Assembly (NCBI GenBank): GCA_965224085.1
Contig: CBDCYI010000005.1
Location: forward strand, 544,001-608,000
From: Candidatus Marinacidobacterales bacterium
GTDB lineage: Bacteria; Acidobacteriota; Vicinamibacteria; Marinacidobacterales; SMYC01
Length of the DNA stretch: 64,000 bases
Direction: 5' to 3'
A program made the translations under genes and the position numbers. Positions within the stretch are counted from its first letter, which is position 1; the number at the start of each line of letters is the position of its first letter. Shown in pieces: positions 50,279-61,319 of the stretch. Below the pieces are notes generated by a model that saw only the letters and a list, made by a program, of their open reading frames with translations, was not told the origin of the DNA and did no database searches.

Positions 50279-51181
50279 TCACTCGAAAATGGAATAGCCG
50301 CTGGTCGCGGTTTCCTGCGCAAACAGCTCCGAGAGTCGCTTCGTCGTCGCGCCCACTTCGCCGCTACCGATCCTCCTTCCGTCGAGAGATACCACGCCCG
50401 CGAGCTCACCCATCGTTCCGGTGCAGAACATCTCCTCTGCGCGATAGGCATCGGCCTGGGAGATGCGTGCGATCCGGGACACGATCGGTTCGCGCTCGCA
50501 GATATCCAGAACCGTTTGTCGTGTGATCCCCTCCGGGCAGGCGTCTGCGGGGCTCGTCGTCACCAAGCCGCCCGTTACCAAAAAAACGTGGGTCCCGTTC
50601 GCCTCGGCGATGAACCCCTCCCGATCGAGCATTAGCGCCGTGTCGACGCCCGCGACGTTGGCTTCGACCTTCGCCAGAATGGACTGGATCAAATTGTTGT
50701 GGTGAATCTTGGGATCCAGGCAATCGGGCGGAAACCGTCGGATGGAGCTCGTGATCATCGTCAGGCCGGTCTTGTCGTAGACGGGCGCTTTCCACTCCGG
50801 CAACACGATGAGGGTCGCGCCTGATTGGTTCAGCCGCGGGTCCATACCGGACGTGACCTTGTCACCGCGGGTGAGCGTCAGCCGGATGTGGACTCCGTCC
50901 GTCATGTGGTTGGCCTCTAACGTGCGGCGAATTTCGCGGATGATCTCCTCGTGCCCTGGGATCTCTGCAAAGGCCATAGCCTTTGCCGACCCGCGGAGCC
51001 GATCCAAGTGCTCGAGCAGCCGGAAAATACGTCCTTGGTAAAGTCGGAGTCCCTCCCAAACCCCGTCACCCCCCTGTACGATGCTGTCAAACGGGCTCAC
51101 ACCGGCCTGGTCGCGGTGCACGAGAGTGCCGTTGATGTTGACGATGAGGTCCTTGTTGCGGGGATCTGCGGTCTGAAGCAT
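50279..51181 (-). CDS. Aminotransferase class IV (IlvE/D-amino acid-like)
   Basis: GDGVWEG, HLDRL, IAEANGTH, EGITR, GTMGE. Confidence 0.9.
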   Translation of the reverse strand: MLQTADPRNKDLIVNINGTLVHRDQAGVSPFDSIVQGGDGVWEGLRLYQGRIFRLLEHLDRLRGSAKAMAFAEIPGHEEIIREIRRTLEANHMTDGVHIRLTLTRGDKVTSGMDPRLNQSGATLIVLPEWKAPVYDKTGLTMITSSIRRFPPDCLDPKIHHNNLIQSILAKVEANVAGVDTALMLDREGFIAEANGTHVFLVTGGLVTTSPADACPEGITRQTVLDICEREPIVSRIARISQADAYRAEEMFCTGTMGELAGVVSLDGRRIGSGEVGATTKRLSELFAQETATSGYSIFE

Positions 51182-51189
51182 GACTACTC

Positions 51190-52524
51190 CTAAAGGGATG
51201 TGTCGCGGCGGCGGCCGCGCAGCCAGAAAAGCGAGACGGGAAGGCCAGAGGCCACGAAGGCGATGTCGACGAGCGAGTTCTCCCACTCGAGCACCGCCCG
51301 ACTCACGAGCAACGCGAGGACTCCCACCAGATAGATGGCTGGAAGGACCGGATAGCCCGGCATTCGAAACGCCGTCTTTTCCCCGACCTGCTCGCGACGC
51401 AACTTGAAAAGCGCGACGGTCGTTAGGCCGTAGAAAACGAGGATGGCGAAGACCATCCCGGAAGCGATGCTCTCAAAGGAGCCGCGAACGACCAGAATGA
51501 CGGCCGCCCAGCCCACGTGTGCGAGGATGGCCCGCGAGGGGCTACGGAAGCGGGAGTGCACGTGGTGCAGCCACTGGAAGAACAGCCCGTCCTTCGCCAT
51601 CGCGTAATAGACGCGGCTTGAGGACATCGTCGTGCCGTTGATGCTGCTGACGGCAGAGATGATCGCCAGCACGGCGACGACGCTCGCACCGAAGGGGCCG
51701 ACCATCATCGTCGCGACGTCCGACGCGGGAGTAGCCGTTGCCCGCAGCCCGTCCATACCGAGCGCGTAGTGATAGATCGTCACGACGGTCCAATAGATGA
51801 GAAGTACTATCCCGAGCCCCAGGACCATGCTGCGCGGGATGACATCGCGCGGGCTCTTCATTTCTCCGGCGACATAGCCCACACGATCCCATCCCGTATG
51901 CGTGAACACGATGAGCATGAGCGCGGGGATCACATTGCCGAGAAAGCCACGGTCTGGAAGCGGCGGCAACCGCGCGCCGAGGTGATTCTCCGTTTCGCGG
52001 AGAAGCACGGCGAAGAGCACGGCGAAGAGTATCAACCCTCCCACTTTCACGACCGTCGTCATTTTCTGGAAGCGACTCGCCCACCGGATGCCGATATAGT
52101 TGAACGCACCCACGAGCGCGAGAATGGCCAAGGCAGAAGCGGTGTGGGACCACCCAGAGTGCGGTACGAAATACCCGATGTAGTCCGAGGCAACGAGGGC
52201 GAGGCCGGCACCCGGGCTCGTCCGGATGATGAGAAGCTGCGCCCAGCCAAACATGAATCCCGCGAACGGCCCGAAACACGTGGTGATATAGGCGTATTCG
52301 CCACCCGTCGCAGGAAGCCGCGTCCCGAGCTCGGCGTAGATCAGACCTCCGACGAGAACGAACAGGCCGACCACTACCCAGCAGGTCATGACCGCCGCAT
52401 AGGACTCGAGGTAGCCGGCGATGAGGTAAGGAGTGGAATAAATGCCGGAGCCGATCGTGATCCCGATCAGAAGGGCAACGCCGTCAAAGGTCCGAAGGGA
52501 TTTCTGAAGTTTGGGCTGGGCCAT
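51190..52524 (-). CDS. APC-family amino acid permease
   Basis: IGSGIY, YAELG..P..GGEY, AGEMK.P, SRVYYAMA.DG. Confidence 0.92.
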   Translation of the reverse strand: MAQPKLQKSLRTFDGVALLIGITIGSGIYSTPYLIAGYLESYAAVMTCWVVVGLFVLVGGLIYAELGTRLPATGGEYAYITTCFGPFAGFMFGWAQLLIIRTSPGAGLALVASDYIGYFVPHSGWSHTASALAILALVGAFNYIGIRWASRFQKMTTVVKVGGLILFAVLFAVLLRETENHLGARLPPLPDRGFLGNVIPALMLIVFTHTGWDRVGYVAGEMKSPRDVIPRSMVLGLGIVLLIYWTVVTIYHYALGMDGLRATATPASDVATMMVGPFGASVVAVLAIISAVSSINGTTMSSSRVYYAMAKDGLFFQWLHHVHSRFRSPSRAILAHVGWAAVILVVRGSFESIASGMVFAILVFYGLTTVALFKLRREQVGEKTAFRMPGYPVLPAIYLVGVLALLVSRAVLEWENSLVDIAFVASGLPVSLFWLRGRRRDTSL

Positions 52525-52863
52525 TCAAATGTACGCGCTGAAGTGCCACTTTATGGCATGCAGACTCGCGAAGCGTCGAACGCGTAGGTCGGGCGACTCC
52601 CCGACGCGCTCCGGCTACCATCCCTCCTGCAGATGATCGAATCGGATCAGGCGAGGGGCACACTCGTCATCCTTCATGGCGGGCGGAAGGTGAGCTTCCA
52701 TATCCACCGAGGGGTGGTGCGCGTCATGCGAGCGTCGGTCTGGCCAAGGGTTGGCCATTTCCAGTGCCTTTCGTCCCAAGATGTCGGCGACTAGACGTAC
52801 GGAATCACACGGCGGCGACGGTTGAGTTCGAATTTTGAGCTCCGGCGTCCAACCGCCGTGCCA

Positions 52864-54162
52864 TCACTCCGCGCTTTCGGCTGTCCAACGCGCGCTCAAG
52901 GCGACACGGTCGACCTTTTCCCCGCGCAAGTACACCGCGAAGACTCGCCGCGTGTTGGTGATGTCGTCGAGCGGGTTCGCCGTGAGCACGACGAAGTCCG
53001 CGCTCTTACCCACTTCGACGCTACCGATCTCCGTCAGGCCCGCCACGTCTGCGGCGTTGCGCGTGGCGGAGACGAGCACCTGCCCGGGTGTCATCCCGGC
53101 CGCGACCATATCCTCCATCTCGACGTGCGGGGCCCAGGGATTGTTGCCGTCGGTACCGAAGGCGATCCGCATGCCCTCCTCGCTGAGCCGCGCCAGATTG
53201 CGCGCCTGGATGGCGAACGATGCCTGGGCCTCCGGCCGCTCCGTCGCCGCGGCCTGCATCTCCGCAAGCTCCTCAGGTGGCATCGAGCCGCTCAACCAAT
53301 CGAGGTCCGTGGGTATGCCACGATTGGGCATATTCGGCACCAGCACCACGTTCGGGCGCTCTTTAACGAGCTCCACGAACTCGTCGTCGACGTCCTGGTC
53401 GCGGACGCCGTGCGCGAAGGCATCGATGCCCGCGCGCAGGAGTCCTTTCGCGTCTTCGAGGGCGAAGATATGGGCGGTGACCCGCACGTCGTTCTGGTGT
53501 GCCTCGTCGATGATCGCGCCGTAGAGCTCGGGGCTCAGCTTCTCGTACTGCCGGTTCCGGTTGTCGACCCAGATTTTAATAATGTCGACGTTGCGGGCCG
53601 CTTCGTCGCGAACGGCCTGCCGGGCTTCTTCCTCGGTCGTCACCCAGTGGGGCACGTCCGAGCGTCCTGGCTCGGGCGACGTGATGCCGCGCCCGGCCGA
53701 CCGGTACTGCCCCGCACCTGGAATGAGCTCGCCGCGTACTTCGAGCGGCGCACCCTCACCATCATGCCCCAAGCTCATGGCCGCCCCGACCCCGTGATAG
53801 GCGCGACGCTCGAGATCCTCGATGAGCGCTTCACGCGTGGTGCCAAGGTGCGTGTGGGCATCGACGATCGTAGGGATCACGGTCATGCCGGCCAGATCCA
53901 CTCGTTTCGCGCCCGCGGGCACGTCCACCTCGCCGGCCGCGCCCACCGCCAGGAACTGGCCGTTGTCGACCGCGAACGTGGCGTTCTCGATAATCTGCCC
54001 GTTGCCCACGATGAGCCGCGCCCCCTCGTACACCGTGGCGGTCTCCGGCTCTTCGGCCGCCTGTTCGGGGTCCGGACCCGAGCAGGCTGACATCGCCAAA
54101 AAGGTCAACAACAGCCCGGCGGTGACGTTCGGTACGTGCCATTCGTTCTTCATTCGGTACAT
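52864..54162 (-). CDS. Amidohydrolase-family lipoprotein
   Basis: DAHTH, FGTD, G.VEVGKSADFVVL.ANPL; exact start uncertain. Confidence 0.85.
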   Translation of the reverse strand: MYRMKNEWHVPNVTAGLLLTFLAMSACSGPDPEQAAEEPETATVYEGARLIVGNGQIIENATFAVDNGQFLAVGAAGEVDVPAGAKRVDLAGMTVIPTIVDAHTHLGTTREALIEDLERRAYHGVGAAMSLGHDGEGAPLEVRGELIPGAGQYRSAGRGITSPEPGRSDVPHWVTTEEEARQAVRDEAARNVDIIKIWVDNRNRQYEKLSPELYGAIIDEAHQNDVRVTAHIFALEDAKGLLRAGIDAFAHGVRDQDVDDEFVELVKERPNVVLVPNMPNRGIPTDLDWLSGSMPPEELAEMQAAATERPEAQASFAIQARNLARLSEEGMRIAFGTDGNNPWAPHVEMEDMVAAGMTPGQVLVSATRNAADVAGLTEIGSVEVGKSADFVVLTANPLDDITNTRRVFAVYLRGEKVDRVALSARWTAESAE

Positions 54163-54375
54163 CAGATCCTCCCAGCAAAAAGAAGTGATAGGACTAGCAC
54201 TTTGTTCCGCTCTCTCGGCACGCTTTTACCGAGCGACCCGAACCGTTCCTTCTCCAACAAGGACCGACGCACACCCCTGATAATCGCATGGTCTTTATCC
54301 CAGGTTCGGCGCGGGTGCCGGAAACCGGTCGCATCCCCTGTGAAAACGCTTGTTATAACACAAATGGTAATTAAT

Positions 54376-54852
54376 CTAGTGACGGGCGTCGGGATAATGG
54401 TCGGCGTCGGCGTAGATGATGCGCCAGCTGCCGTCGCGAAGACTCCAGACGAACGTCGTTGGCCCTCGCAGTCGCGTCGTCACGCCATCTCCGTCGGTCA
54501 CGATATCTCGAAAGACAAGCGACACGAACGCCTGGTCTCGCGCAAGCACCGTCACTTCGACGTCCGACCACGTCGTCTCGAACCGCTGCAGTGCCGGCAT
54601 CGTCGACCGGATCTGCGCCGCCACCGATTCGTAGTCGACCCGAGCCCCGTCCGCATACATATAGAAGTCGGGTGCGATGAAGTCAAGGATGGCCTCGACG
54701 TCGCGCCGGCGCTCAGCGTCCGCGAACGCATCCACCGCCGCCAGCACGCTCCCCTCGTAGTTGCCGATCGCCTCGTAAACGAGGGACTTGTCGCCGAGTT
54801 CGCGGTCCAAGCGCGCAATGGATCGTTCCAAGACGTCGGGCTTAAAGAGCAC
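54376..54852 (-). CDS. NTF2/SnoaL-like protein, possibly a frameshifted or fused relic
   Basis: RDVEAILDFIAPDF...WRIIY; a signal-like leader from ATG ~54940 is out of frame at a TTTT run. Confidence 0.5.
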   Translation of the reverse strand: MLFKPDVLERSIARLDRELGDKSLVYEAIGNYEGSVLAAVDAFADAERRRDVEAILDFIAPDFYMYADGARVDYESVAAQIRSTMPALQRFETTWSDVEVTVLARDQAFVSLVFRDIVTDGDGVTTRLRGPTTFVWSLRDGSWRIIYADADHYPDARH

Positions 54853-55076
54853 AAAAGCCCGGGAGGGATCGATCCTCCCCCGCTGCTTGTGAAACCGCCA
54901 TTGCCGCGACGAGAACGAGCAGGGAGTGGTAGGGCATCATGGCATCCTCCTTTGCTCGAAGAGTCTAAACGCCAGGGCGCGTCGCGTCATCTCCTCGGCT
55001 CGGTTGATGAGTTTCATGATGCGTCGGCGCATGAGCGAGCACGCACAAAGATGACGTCTGTCGGTGAAGGTGAGAA

Positions 55077-57698
55077 CTAGAACCGAAAGAGACGCGTGAG
55101 CTTCAAGACGACGCTGCGGTTCTCGAGGTGCGGGTAACCGGAGGAGAAGGTGTCGCGCCCGTCGCTATAGACGACGAAGAGGTCGCTTCCCGGTTTGTAC
55201 TCCCAGCGGAAACGAACGTTGGTCGAAAGGCTGTTCGCTTCGGAGTTGTATTGAACCAAAGCACCCACGAAACTTCGTGGCGACATGGTGTAGGTCGCGC
55301 GAAGTCGAATGAGATTCGTCGTGAAGGACCCTTCGGCGAGATCGATCCAGTTCAATGACAAGTTGGGCTCGAGAGAGAACCGTGAGGTAACGTCGACGCG
55401 GCCGCGCCAGGTGAGCTCGGTTCTCGTTCCGCTGAAAAAGCTTCCCACCTCGGCTCCCAAAAAGCCGGACACGGGGCGGTGGCTGCTGAAATAGAAGAAC
55501 ATCCGAACCCGGTCGAAGTTGTACGCGCCCGCCGGGATCGTCACCCAGTCGCTAATCTCGAAGGGCTCAAAGAGAAACTCGAAGCTCCGCTCGTAAGTGA
55601 CGTTCGAGAAGTCGCCGCTCTCGAAGCGGGTGCGCGCCTCGAGCTCGAACTGCTTCGTTTCGACGTCGCCGGCCGTCGTCTCGAGGTAGTTGTACTTTGC
55701 CTCGAACTCGAACTGGCGTATGGCGGCGATGCCTCGCGGCCGTGGACTATATCGTAGCGATCCGGACGTCTTGCGGATATCGTCGCGACGGACGAACCCG
55801 ATCTCGGGGTTGAAGTTCGGATCGATCAAGAGGTGTTCCGCGTCGAAGCCGTATTTATCGTTTCGATAGCGAACGGAAGCGCGGTAGCTCGTGTCACCTG
55901 CCTCTACGTTCGGTGTGTCCGTACGCGCGTAGAAGGCGTTGAAGTTGAGGTTCTCGTAGAAGGTGAAATTTCCATCGAGCCCGTAGGCGGCGTTGGACCC
56001 GGTTCCGTCGAGGTTCTCGTTTCGGTAGGTTCCGATGAAGCCGATGGTGCTTCGCCTGAGCACGTCCCGCTTGATCCGCATGACGGAGAAGTTCGTCTGC
56101 GGAATCCCCGCCTCGTCGACGGACCGCGTCGAGATGTTCAGGAGCCCGAGGCTGAAGGGACCGGCTCTACCGGTAAGTCGGCCACCAGTAAGGATGGGGA
56201 CCTCGCTGCTCCCGCTCAGACCGATGCGCCGACTGAAAAAAAGGATCGGTGTGTCCGACTGGCCACCGAAACCTCCGCGCCGACCGGATTGGCGTCCACC
56301 GAAGTTGAAGATGCCCTGGCCTTCGAGGAAAAACTCGCGCTTCTCGGGGAAGAACAGACCGAACCGCGTCAGGTTCACCTGCGACTCGTCGTCCTCTACC
56401 TGGGCGAAATCTGTGTTGTAGGTAAAATCAGCCACGAGGCTCTTGGTCACTCCGTACTTGACGTCGACGCCGAGATCCGCATCACCCTGGTTCTCGAAAG
56501 GAACATCCGCCTCCAAGTTGGTCGTCGAAGACGCCGTCGCGTACGGCTTGACTTCGAGGTTCATCGACTTCGCGGGCGGTTCGATGCCGACCAGAGCGGC
56601 CGCCACGGACAGCTTCTTGATCCCATCGCGATTGAAGGCCGCGGGCATGGGGGTCAAGTAACTTCGCTCGTTCTTCCATTTGATGTTGCGCCGGAAGTTG
56701 ATGCCCCAGATTTGCGTGGCGCCGGCACGATACCGGAGCGACTTGAAGGGGATCGCCATCTCGACCGTCCAGCCCTCGGCGAAGCGTCCCGATTTGACAT
56801 ACCAGATCGTGTTCCAGTCGCTGTTCGTATTGCGCTCGTCTGTGACCTGCGCGTCGTAGAGCGCCCCGAGGGGATTTGTCTGGAAGAGAAAGCCGTTTCG
56901 GCGATCGTAGAACGTGTCCAAGATGACGGCGAAGCTGGAGCTGCTGAACTCGATTCTCCGGTTGTCGCGCCGCATCTCGTTGGCAACGATTCGTTCCGGG
57001 TGCGAGTCCCAGAGCCGCGCGGAAAAATAGACGTTCGACTCGTCGTAGAAGACCCACACCTCGGTCTCCTCGGTCGCAGGTCGCCCTTCCAGAGGTTCCT
57101 GCTGAATGAAACCGTCAATGGCCGGGGTCGTCGCATAGGCGCGTTCTTCGAGGCGCCCATCGACGTCGAGCGGTTCGTTCAAGCGAACGGCGCGCAGTGT
57201 GGCACGCCCTCCCTCGTCGCGCGTCAGGACCTCCGGATCCTCCGGCGCCGGAGGCCCGTCGATCAGGAGAGCTGGTGCGGCGTCGGCAGCCGGCCCGGTC
57301 TCGGTAAGGAGCGCGACGATGGGTGGCGCGGGTGTCACCGTCTCCGTTGGTAGAGGTTTCGGCTTGGGCGCGGGTGGTGGTGGTGAGGGCGGTGGTGGTG
57401 GTGGCGACGACGCCGGTGCGGCGGCCGCCAAAGGTGGGGCGCTACCGCCATTGGCCTCTTCGGTGGCCGCGAGATTGACATAAGAGCTCGGCACCGAGCG
57501 GAGCTTCCCGTCGGTAGTCGTAAACTGAACGGATGCACCTCTGATTTCGTAGGCCTGAATCGCCATGCGGCTGCCGTCGACGAACACAAGGGTTTGATTC
57601 GCCGTGGCGGCGGACGCTCCGGCCACGCATAGAGAAACAATCGCTACGAGGGTGAGGCGGGGTGTCATCGTCAGCCGGGTTGACATCTGGACGTGCAC
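55077..57698 (-). CDS. DUF5916 / CBM9-like outer-membrane protein
   Basis: VDGRLEE, WTVEMAIPFKSLRY, NTDFAQVE, FFPEKREFFLEG, FFSRRIG, terminal Phe. Confidence 0.88.
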   Translation of the reverse strand: MHVQMSTRLTMTPRLTLVAIVSLCVAGASAATANQTLVFVDGSRMAIQAYEIRGASVQFTTTDGKLRSVPSSYVNLAATEEANGGSAPPLAAAAPASSPPPPPPSPPPPAPKPKPLPTETVTPAPPIVALLTETGPAADAAPALLIDGPPAPEDPEVLTRDEGGRATLRAVRLNEPLDVDGRLEERAYATTPAIDGFIQQEPLEGRPATEETEVWVFYDESNVYFSARLWDSHPERIVANEMRRDNRRIEFSSSSFAVILDTFYDRRNGFLFQTNPLGALYDAQVTDERNTNSDWNTIWYVKSGRFAEGWTVEMAIPFKSLRYRAGATQIWGINFRRNIKWKNERSYLTPMPAAFNRDGIKKLSVAAALVGIEPPAKSMNLEVKPYATASSTTNLEADVPFENQGDADLGVDVKYGVTKSLVADFTYNTDFAQVEDDESQVNLTRFGLFFPEKREFFLEGQGIFNFGGRQSGRRGGFGGQSDTPILFFSRRIGLSGSSEVPILTGGRLTGRAGPFSLGLLNISTRSVDEAGIPQTNFSVMRIKRDVLRRSTIGFIGTYRNENLDGTGSNAAYGLDGNFTFYENLNFNAFYARTDTPNVEAGDTSYRASVRYRNDKYGFDAEHLLIDPNFNPEIGFVRRDDIRKTSGSLRYSPRPRGIAAIRQFEFEAKYNYLETTAGDVETKQFELEARTRFESGDFSNVTYERSFEFLFEPFEISDWVTIPAGAYNFDRVRMFFYFSSHRPVSGFLGAEVGSFFSGTRTELTWRGRVDVTSRFSLEPNLSLNWIDLAEGSFTTNLIRLRATYTMSPRSFVGALVQYNSEANSLSTNVRFRWEYKPGSDLFVVYSDGRDTFSSGYPHLENRSVVLKLTRLFRF

Positions 57699-57829
57699 GC
57701 GACTTACAGTAACACTCTACGCCCCCGGCCGCACCAGCCATCTTCAGTCCGGAGTCCCAACGAATATCCAGTACCCGGCGATGGGAGTTCACCTCGTCCG
57801 GCTCGCGGCGGCCGTGGTCCAGTTCGGCA

Positions 57830-57886
57830 TTGACACGCGAACCCGGTCTGCATTACAATAATGAATATGAAATCGGGTTTCATGTT
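57830..57886 (+). promoter_or_regulatory. feoAB promoter with Fur-like palindrome
   Basis: TTGACA-18 bp-TACAAT; ATGAAA-TCGGG-TTTCAT immediately downstream. Confidence 0.7.
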
Positions 57887-57892
57887 TAACTT

Positions 57893-58156
57893 ATGAGCAC
57901 AACCTACGAGAAGGTGCCCGCCGCGTCCATGTCCCTGGCCGACCAGTCTCCCGGGTTTCGGGGCCGGATCCTTGCTCACAAGAATGGCGGTGTCGCTTTG
58001 CGCCTCCGGGAGCTCGGCTTTGTCGCGGGCACGGCGGTTTCCGTGGTTCGGCGCGGCCTTCTAGGCGGTCCTTTCGAGGTCGAGCTCCGCGGTTACCGTA
58101 TCTGCTTGCGCAGAAACGACATCGCTGCCATCGACGTCGAGCCCTTCATGTCCTGA
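57893..58156 (+). CDS. feoA: Ferrous iron transport protein A
   Basis: RLRELGFVAGT.V.V...GGP..V.LRG. Confidence 0.9.
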   Translation: MSTTYEKVPAASMSLADQSPGFRGRILAHKNGGVALRLRELGFVAGTAVSVVRRGLLGGPFEVELRGYRICLRRNDIAAIDVEPFMS

Positions 58157-58163
58157 GCACGGA

Positions 58164-60068
58164 ATGAGCACCGCGGCTGTCCCCGTCTCGCCGCTACGTG
58201 TGGCGTTGGTCGGAGCGCCCAACTCGGGAAAAACCACCGTCTTCAATGCCTTGACGGGCGCGCGCGCAAGGGTCGGGAACTACCCTGGCGTCACGGTGGA
58301 GCGTCGCGAAGGCGCGATGCGGAAGAGCACGCGCGCAGTAAACGTGCTCGACCTGCCGGGAAGCTACAGCTTGAGGGGCGAGACCCTCGACGAGCAAGTC
58401 GTCGAGCGCGTGCTCGAGGGTGAGCTCGACGACAAGCCGGACGCGCTTCTAATCGTCGTCGATGCGACCACGCTTCAGCGAAGCCTCGCGATGGTGCTCG
58501 AAGCGCTCGAAGCGCACGCCGAGCTTCCTTCGGCGGTCGTCGTCACGATGATCGACGAAATGCGCGCCCGGGGCGGCAAGATCGACTTCAACAAGCTGTG
58601 CAAGACGCTCGGGACCCCTGTCTTTCCCGTTGTCGGTCACCGCGGTGTGGGGATCGACGCGGTCTTTCGCGCGCTCGAAAAACCGGAGGATTGGTCGCGG
58701 CCAAAGACGTTTCCGCGAAGTGAAGGGCCCGAAGCCCGCTTTGCGTGGGTCGACAAAGTCTGCGTGGACATTGGCGCGACGAAGATCAAGCCCGACAGCC
58801 GAAGCGACCGTGTCGATCGCTGGCTACTCCATCCTTTCGTCGGCGTCCTCGTCTTCGTGGCCGTCATGGTGCTCGTCTTCCAGAGCATCTTCAGCTGGGC
58901 CGTCCCCGCAATGGAAGGGATCGAGGCTTTCTTCGGTGAAGTGGGGCGGCTCTCCCGCGCCGTGCTGCCGGCAGGTATTCTGACCGATCTTTGGGCGGAC
59001 GGCATCGTCGCTGGAGTCGGCTCCGTCCTCGTTTTCCTGCCCCAGATCATCATCCTGTTTACGCTCATCCACTTTCTCGAAGACGTGGGCTACATGGCGC
59101 GGGCCGCGTTCGTCGTCGACCGGATCATGGGGTGGGTGGGCCTCCAGGGCCGCTCCTTCGTCGTGCTGCTCTCCTGCTCAGCTTGCGCGGTTCCGGGGAT
59201 CATGGCGGCGCGCACTATCCCGTCGCCTCGAGACCGTCTCGCAACGATCCTCGTGGCGCCTTTCGTGACGTGCTCGGCGCGACTTCCGGTCTACACGCTT
59301 CTGATCGCGGCTTTCATCCCTGCAGCAACCATCGGCGGTTTCGTCGGCGTGCAAGGCCTCGTGATGTTCTCGCTTTATCTTCTTGGAGCGCTAACGGCGC
59401 TCGCCGCGGCGGCCGTTCTCAAGGCCACCGTGGTGCGCGGCAAAATCGCCACGTTTTACATGGAGCTCCCTCCTTATCGGATGCCGACGTTGAAGCTTTT
59501 GGCCACGCAGGTCGCGCATAGCGCGCGCGCCTTTGTCCGGCGGGCCGGGACCATCATCTTTGCCGCGTCCGTCGTCGTCTGGGCAACTCTCAACTTTCCG
59601 CGCGCGGATGCCGGGGCCGAGATGACAGCCGAGGCGGCGGCGCAATCGCAGCTCGAAGTCAGCGTCGCGGGGCATATCGGCCGCGCCATCGAACCGGCGA
59701 TCGAGCCTCTCGGCTACGATTGGAAGATTGGTGTCGGCCTCATTGCGAGCTTGGCGGCGCGCGAAGTCATCGTCGCGACCCTCGCTCAGATCTACGCCGT
59801 GGGGGATCCAGACGATTTCGACGGCTTACGCGGCGCGCTTCGAAGCGACCTCAACCCCGAAACGGGAGAGCCCGTGTTCAACATCGCGGTCGCCCTGTCG
59901 CTTCTCGTGTTCTTCGTGTTCGCGCTCCAATGCACGTCGACGATCGTCATCATGGCGAAAGAGACGGGCTCGTGGAAGTGGCCGGCATTCGCTTTCAGCT
60001 ACATGTTCGCGCTCGCCTATCTGGCGAGCTTCATCACCTTCAAAGCAGCCTCCGCCTGGCTTCTCTAA
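58164..60068 (+). CDS. feoB: Ferrous iron transport protein B
   Basis: GAPNSGKTT, GNYPGVTVE, DLPGSYSL, CSARLPVY. Confidence 0.95.
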   Translation: MSTAAVPVSPLRVALVGAPNSGKTTVFNALTGARARVGNYPGVTVERREGAMRKSTRAVNVLDLPGSYSLRGETLDEQVVERVLEGELDDKPDALLIVVDATTLQRSLAMVLEALEAHAELPSAVVVTMIDEMRARGGKIDFNKLCKTLGTPVFPVVGHRGVGIDAVFRALEKPEDWSRPKTFPRSEGPEARFAWVDKVCVDIGATKIKPDSRSDRVDRWLLHPFVGVLVFVAVMVLVFQSIFSWAVPAMEGIEAFFGEVGRLSRAVLPAGILTDLWADGIVAGVGSVLVFLPQIIILFTLIHFLEDVGYMARAAFVVDRIMGWVGLQGRSFVVLLSCSACAVPGIMAARTIPSPRDRLATILVAPFVTCSARLPVYTLLIAAFIPAATIGGFVGVQGLVMFSLYLLGALTALAAAAVLKATVVRGKIATFYMELPPYRMPTLKLLATQVAHSARAFVRRAGTIIFAASVVVWATLNFPRADAGAEMTAEAAAQSQLEVSVAGHIGRAIEPAIEPLGYDWKIGVGLIASLAAREVIVATLAQIYAVGDPDDFDGLRGALRSDLNPETGEPVFNIAVALSLLVFFVFALQCTSTIVIMAKETGSWKWPAFAFSYMFALAYLASFITFKAASAWLL

Positions 60069-60077
60069 CGGCTCCGC

Positions 60078-61319
60078 TCAGCCCTTCACGCAAACGATCT
60101 GCTTCAGCCGATGAACGATCTCGACGAGATCGCTCTGCGCTGCCATCACCGCGTCGATGTCCTTGTAGGCCGCGGGAGTCTCGTCGATGACGCCCTTGTC
60201 CTTGCGGCACTCGACGCCTTGAGTCGCTTTGACGTGATCGTCGAGCGTGAACTTCTTCTTCGCCGCGGTTCGTGACATGACCCGGCCAGCGCCGTGGCTG
60301 CACGACTCAAAGCTCTCAGGGTTACCTTTGCCGCGGACGATAAAAGAGCGCGCGCCCATGCTGCCAGGGATGATCCCGAGATCGCCGATGCCGGCTCGAA
60401 CCGCGCCCTTGCGGGTCACCATGACATCGTCCCCGTAGTGATGCTCGCGCGCCACGTAGTTGTGATGGCAGTTCACGACTTGCTCTTTCGCACGAAAAGC
60501 TGGCACGAGATTCGTGTCGCGCACCGCTTCGGTGACCGCCTCCATCATGAGCTCTCGATTGGTCGCGGCGTAACGCTGCGCCCAGTCGACCGCAAACCAG
60601 TAATCGTCAAAATGCTCACTCCCCTCCTCGAAATAGGCGAGGTCTTTATCGGGCAGATTCTGCAGATGACGCCCCAAGTCCTTTTGTGCGAGCTGAATGA
60701 AGTGCATGCCCGTTCGGTTTCCGACACCGCGGGATCCCGAATGCAGCATGAACCAAACGTCGTCATCTTCATCCAAGCAAATCTCGATGAAGTGGTTTCC
60801 CGACCCCAGCGTGGCGAGCTGGTTCACTGGCGGATTGTTGCGGTCGAGCTTCGGATATTTTGCGACAACGCGCTCGTAGCCTTCGCGCAGACTTTCCCAC
60901 GCCTTGACGTTCCGCTTCGGAACATTGCCGAACGCACCGCGGTCGCGCCGGCCACCGTGATGCGAGCGGCCATGAGGGACGGCTTTCTCGATCGCGCTGC
61001 GAAGCGGCGCGAGATTATCCGGCAAGTCGGAGGCCGTGAGGCTCGTATGCATGGCGGCCATGCCGCAGCCGATATCGACGCCCACGGCCGCGGGGATGAT
61101 TGCCTTTTTCGTGGGGATGACGCTTCCGACCGTTGCGCCCAGCCCCCAGTGCACGTCAGGCATCGCCGCGATCCAGCGATGGATGAACGGTAGCTGCGAG
61201 GTTCGCAGGAGCTGGTCCTTTGCCTTCAGATCCAGGGGTACGCCTCGGACCCACGCCTTGACGGGACGACTGGCCGGCGCCCCCTTGGGCGTATCGAATG
61301 TGACATATCGTTCGCTCAT
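60078..61319 (-). CDS. rtcB: RNA 3'-phosphate/5'-OH ligase
   Basis: MPDVH, VGVDIGCG, GSGNHF, HSGSRG, HHN, PGSMG, SHGAGR, E.P.AYK. Confidence 0.95.
   Translation of the reverse strand: MSERYVTFDTPKGAPASRPVKAWVRGVPLDLKAKDQLLRTSQLPFIHRWIAAMPDVHWGLGATVGSVIPTKKAIIPAAVGVDIGCGMAAMHTSLTASDLPDNLAPLRSAIEKAVPHGRSHHGGRRDRGAFGNVPKRNVKAWESLREGYERVVAKYPKLDRNNPPVNQLATLGSGNHFIEICLDEDDDVWFMLHSGSRGVGNRTGMHFIQLAQKDLGRHLQNLPDKDLAYFEEGSEHFDDYWFAVDWAQRYAATNRELMMEAVTEAVRDTNLVPAFRAKEQVVNCHHNYVAREHHYGDDVMVTRKGAVRAGIGDLGIIPGSMGARSFIVRGKGNPESFESCSHGAGRVMSRTAAKKKFTLDDHVKATQGVECRKDKGVIDETPAAYKDIDAVMAAQSDLVEIVHRLKQIVCVKG

Noticed and set aside
57360-57410. GGT/GGC triplet tract (also 26060-26140)
   Set aside because: Encodes ordinary Pro-rich linkers
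60078-61319. rtcB as part of an RNA-repair/defence system
   Set aside because: Stand-alone and convergent with feoB; no rtcA, rtcR, Ro or Y RNA recognised nearby
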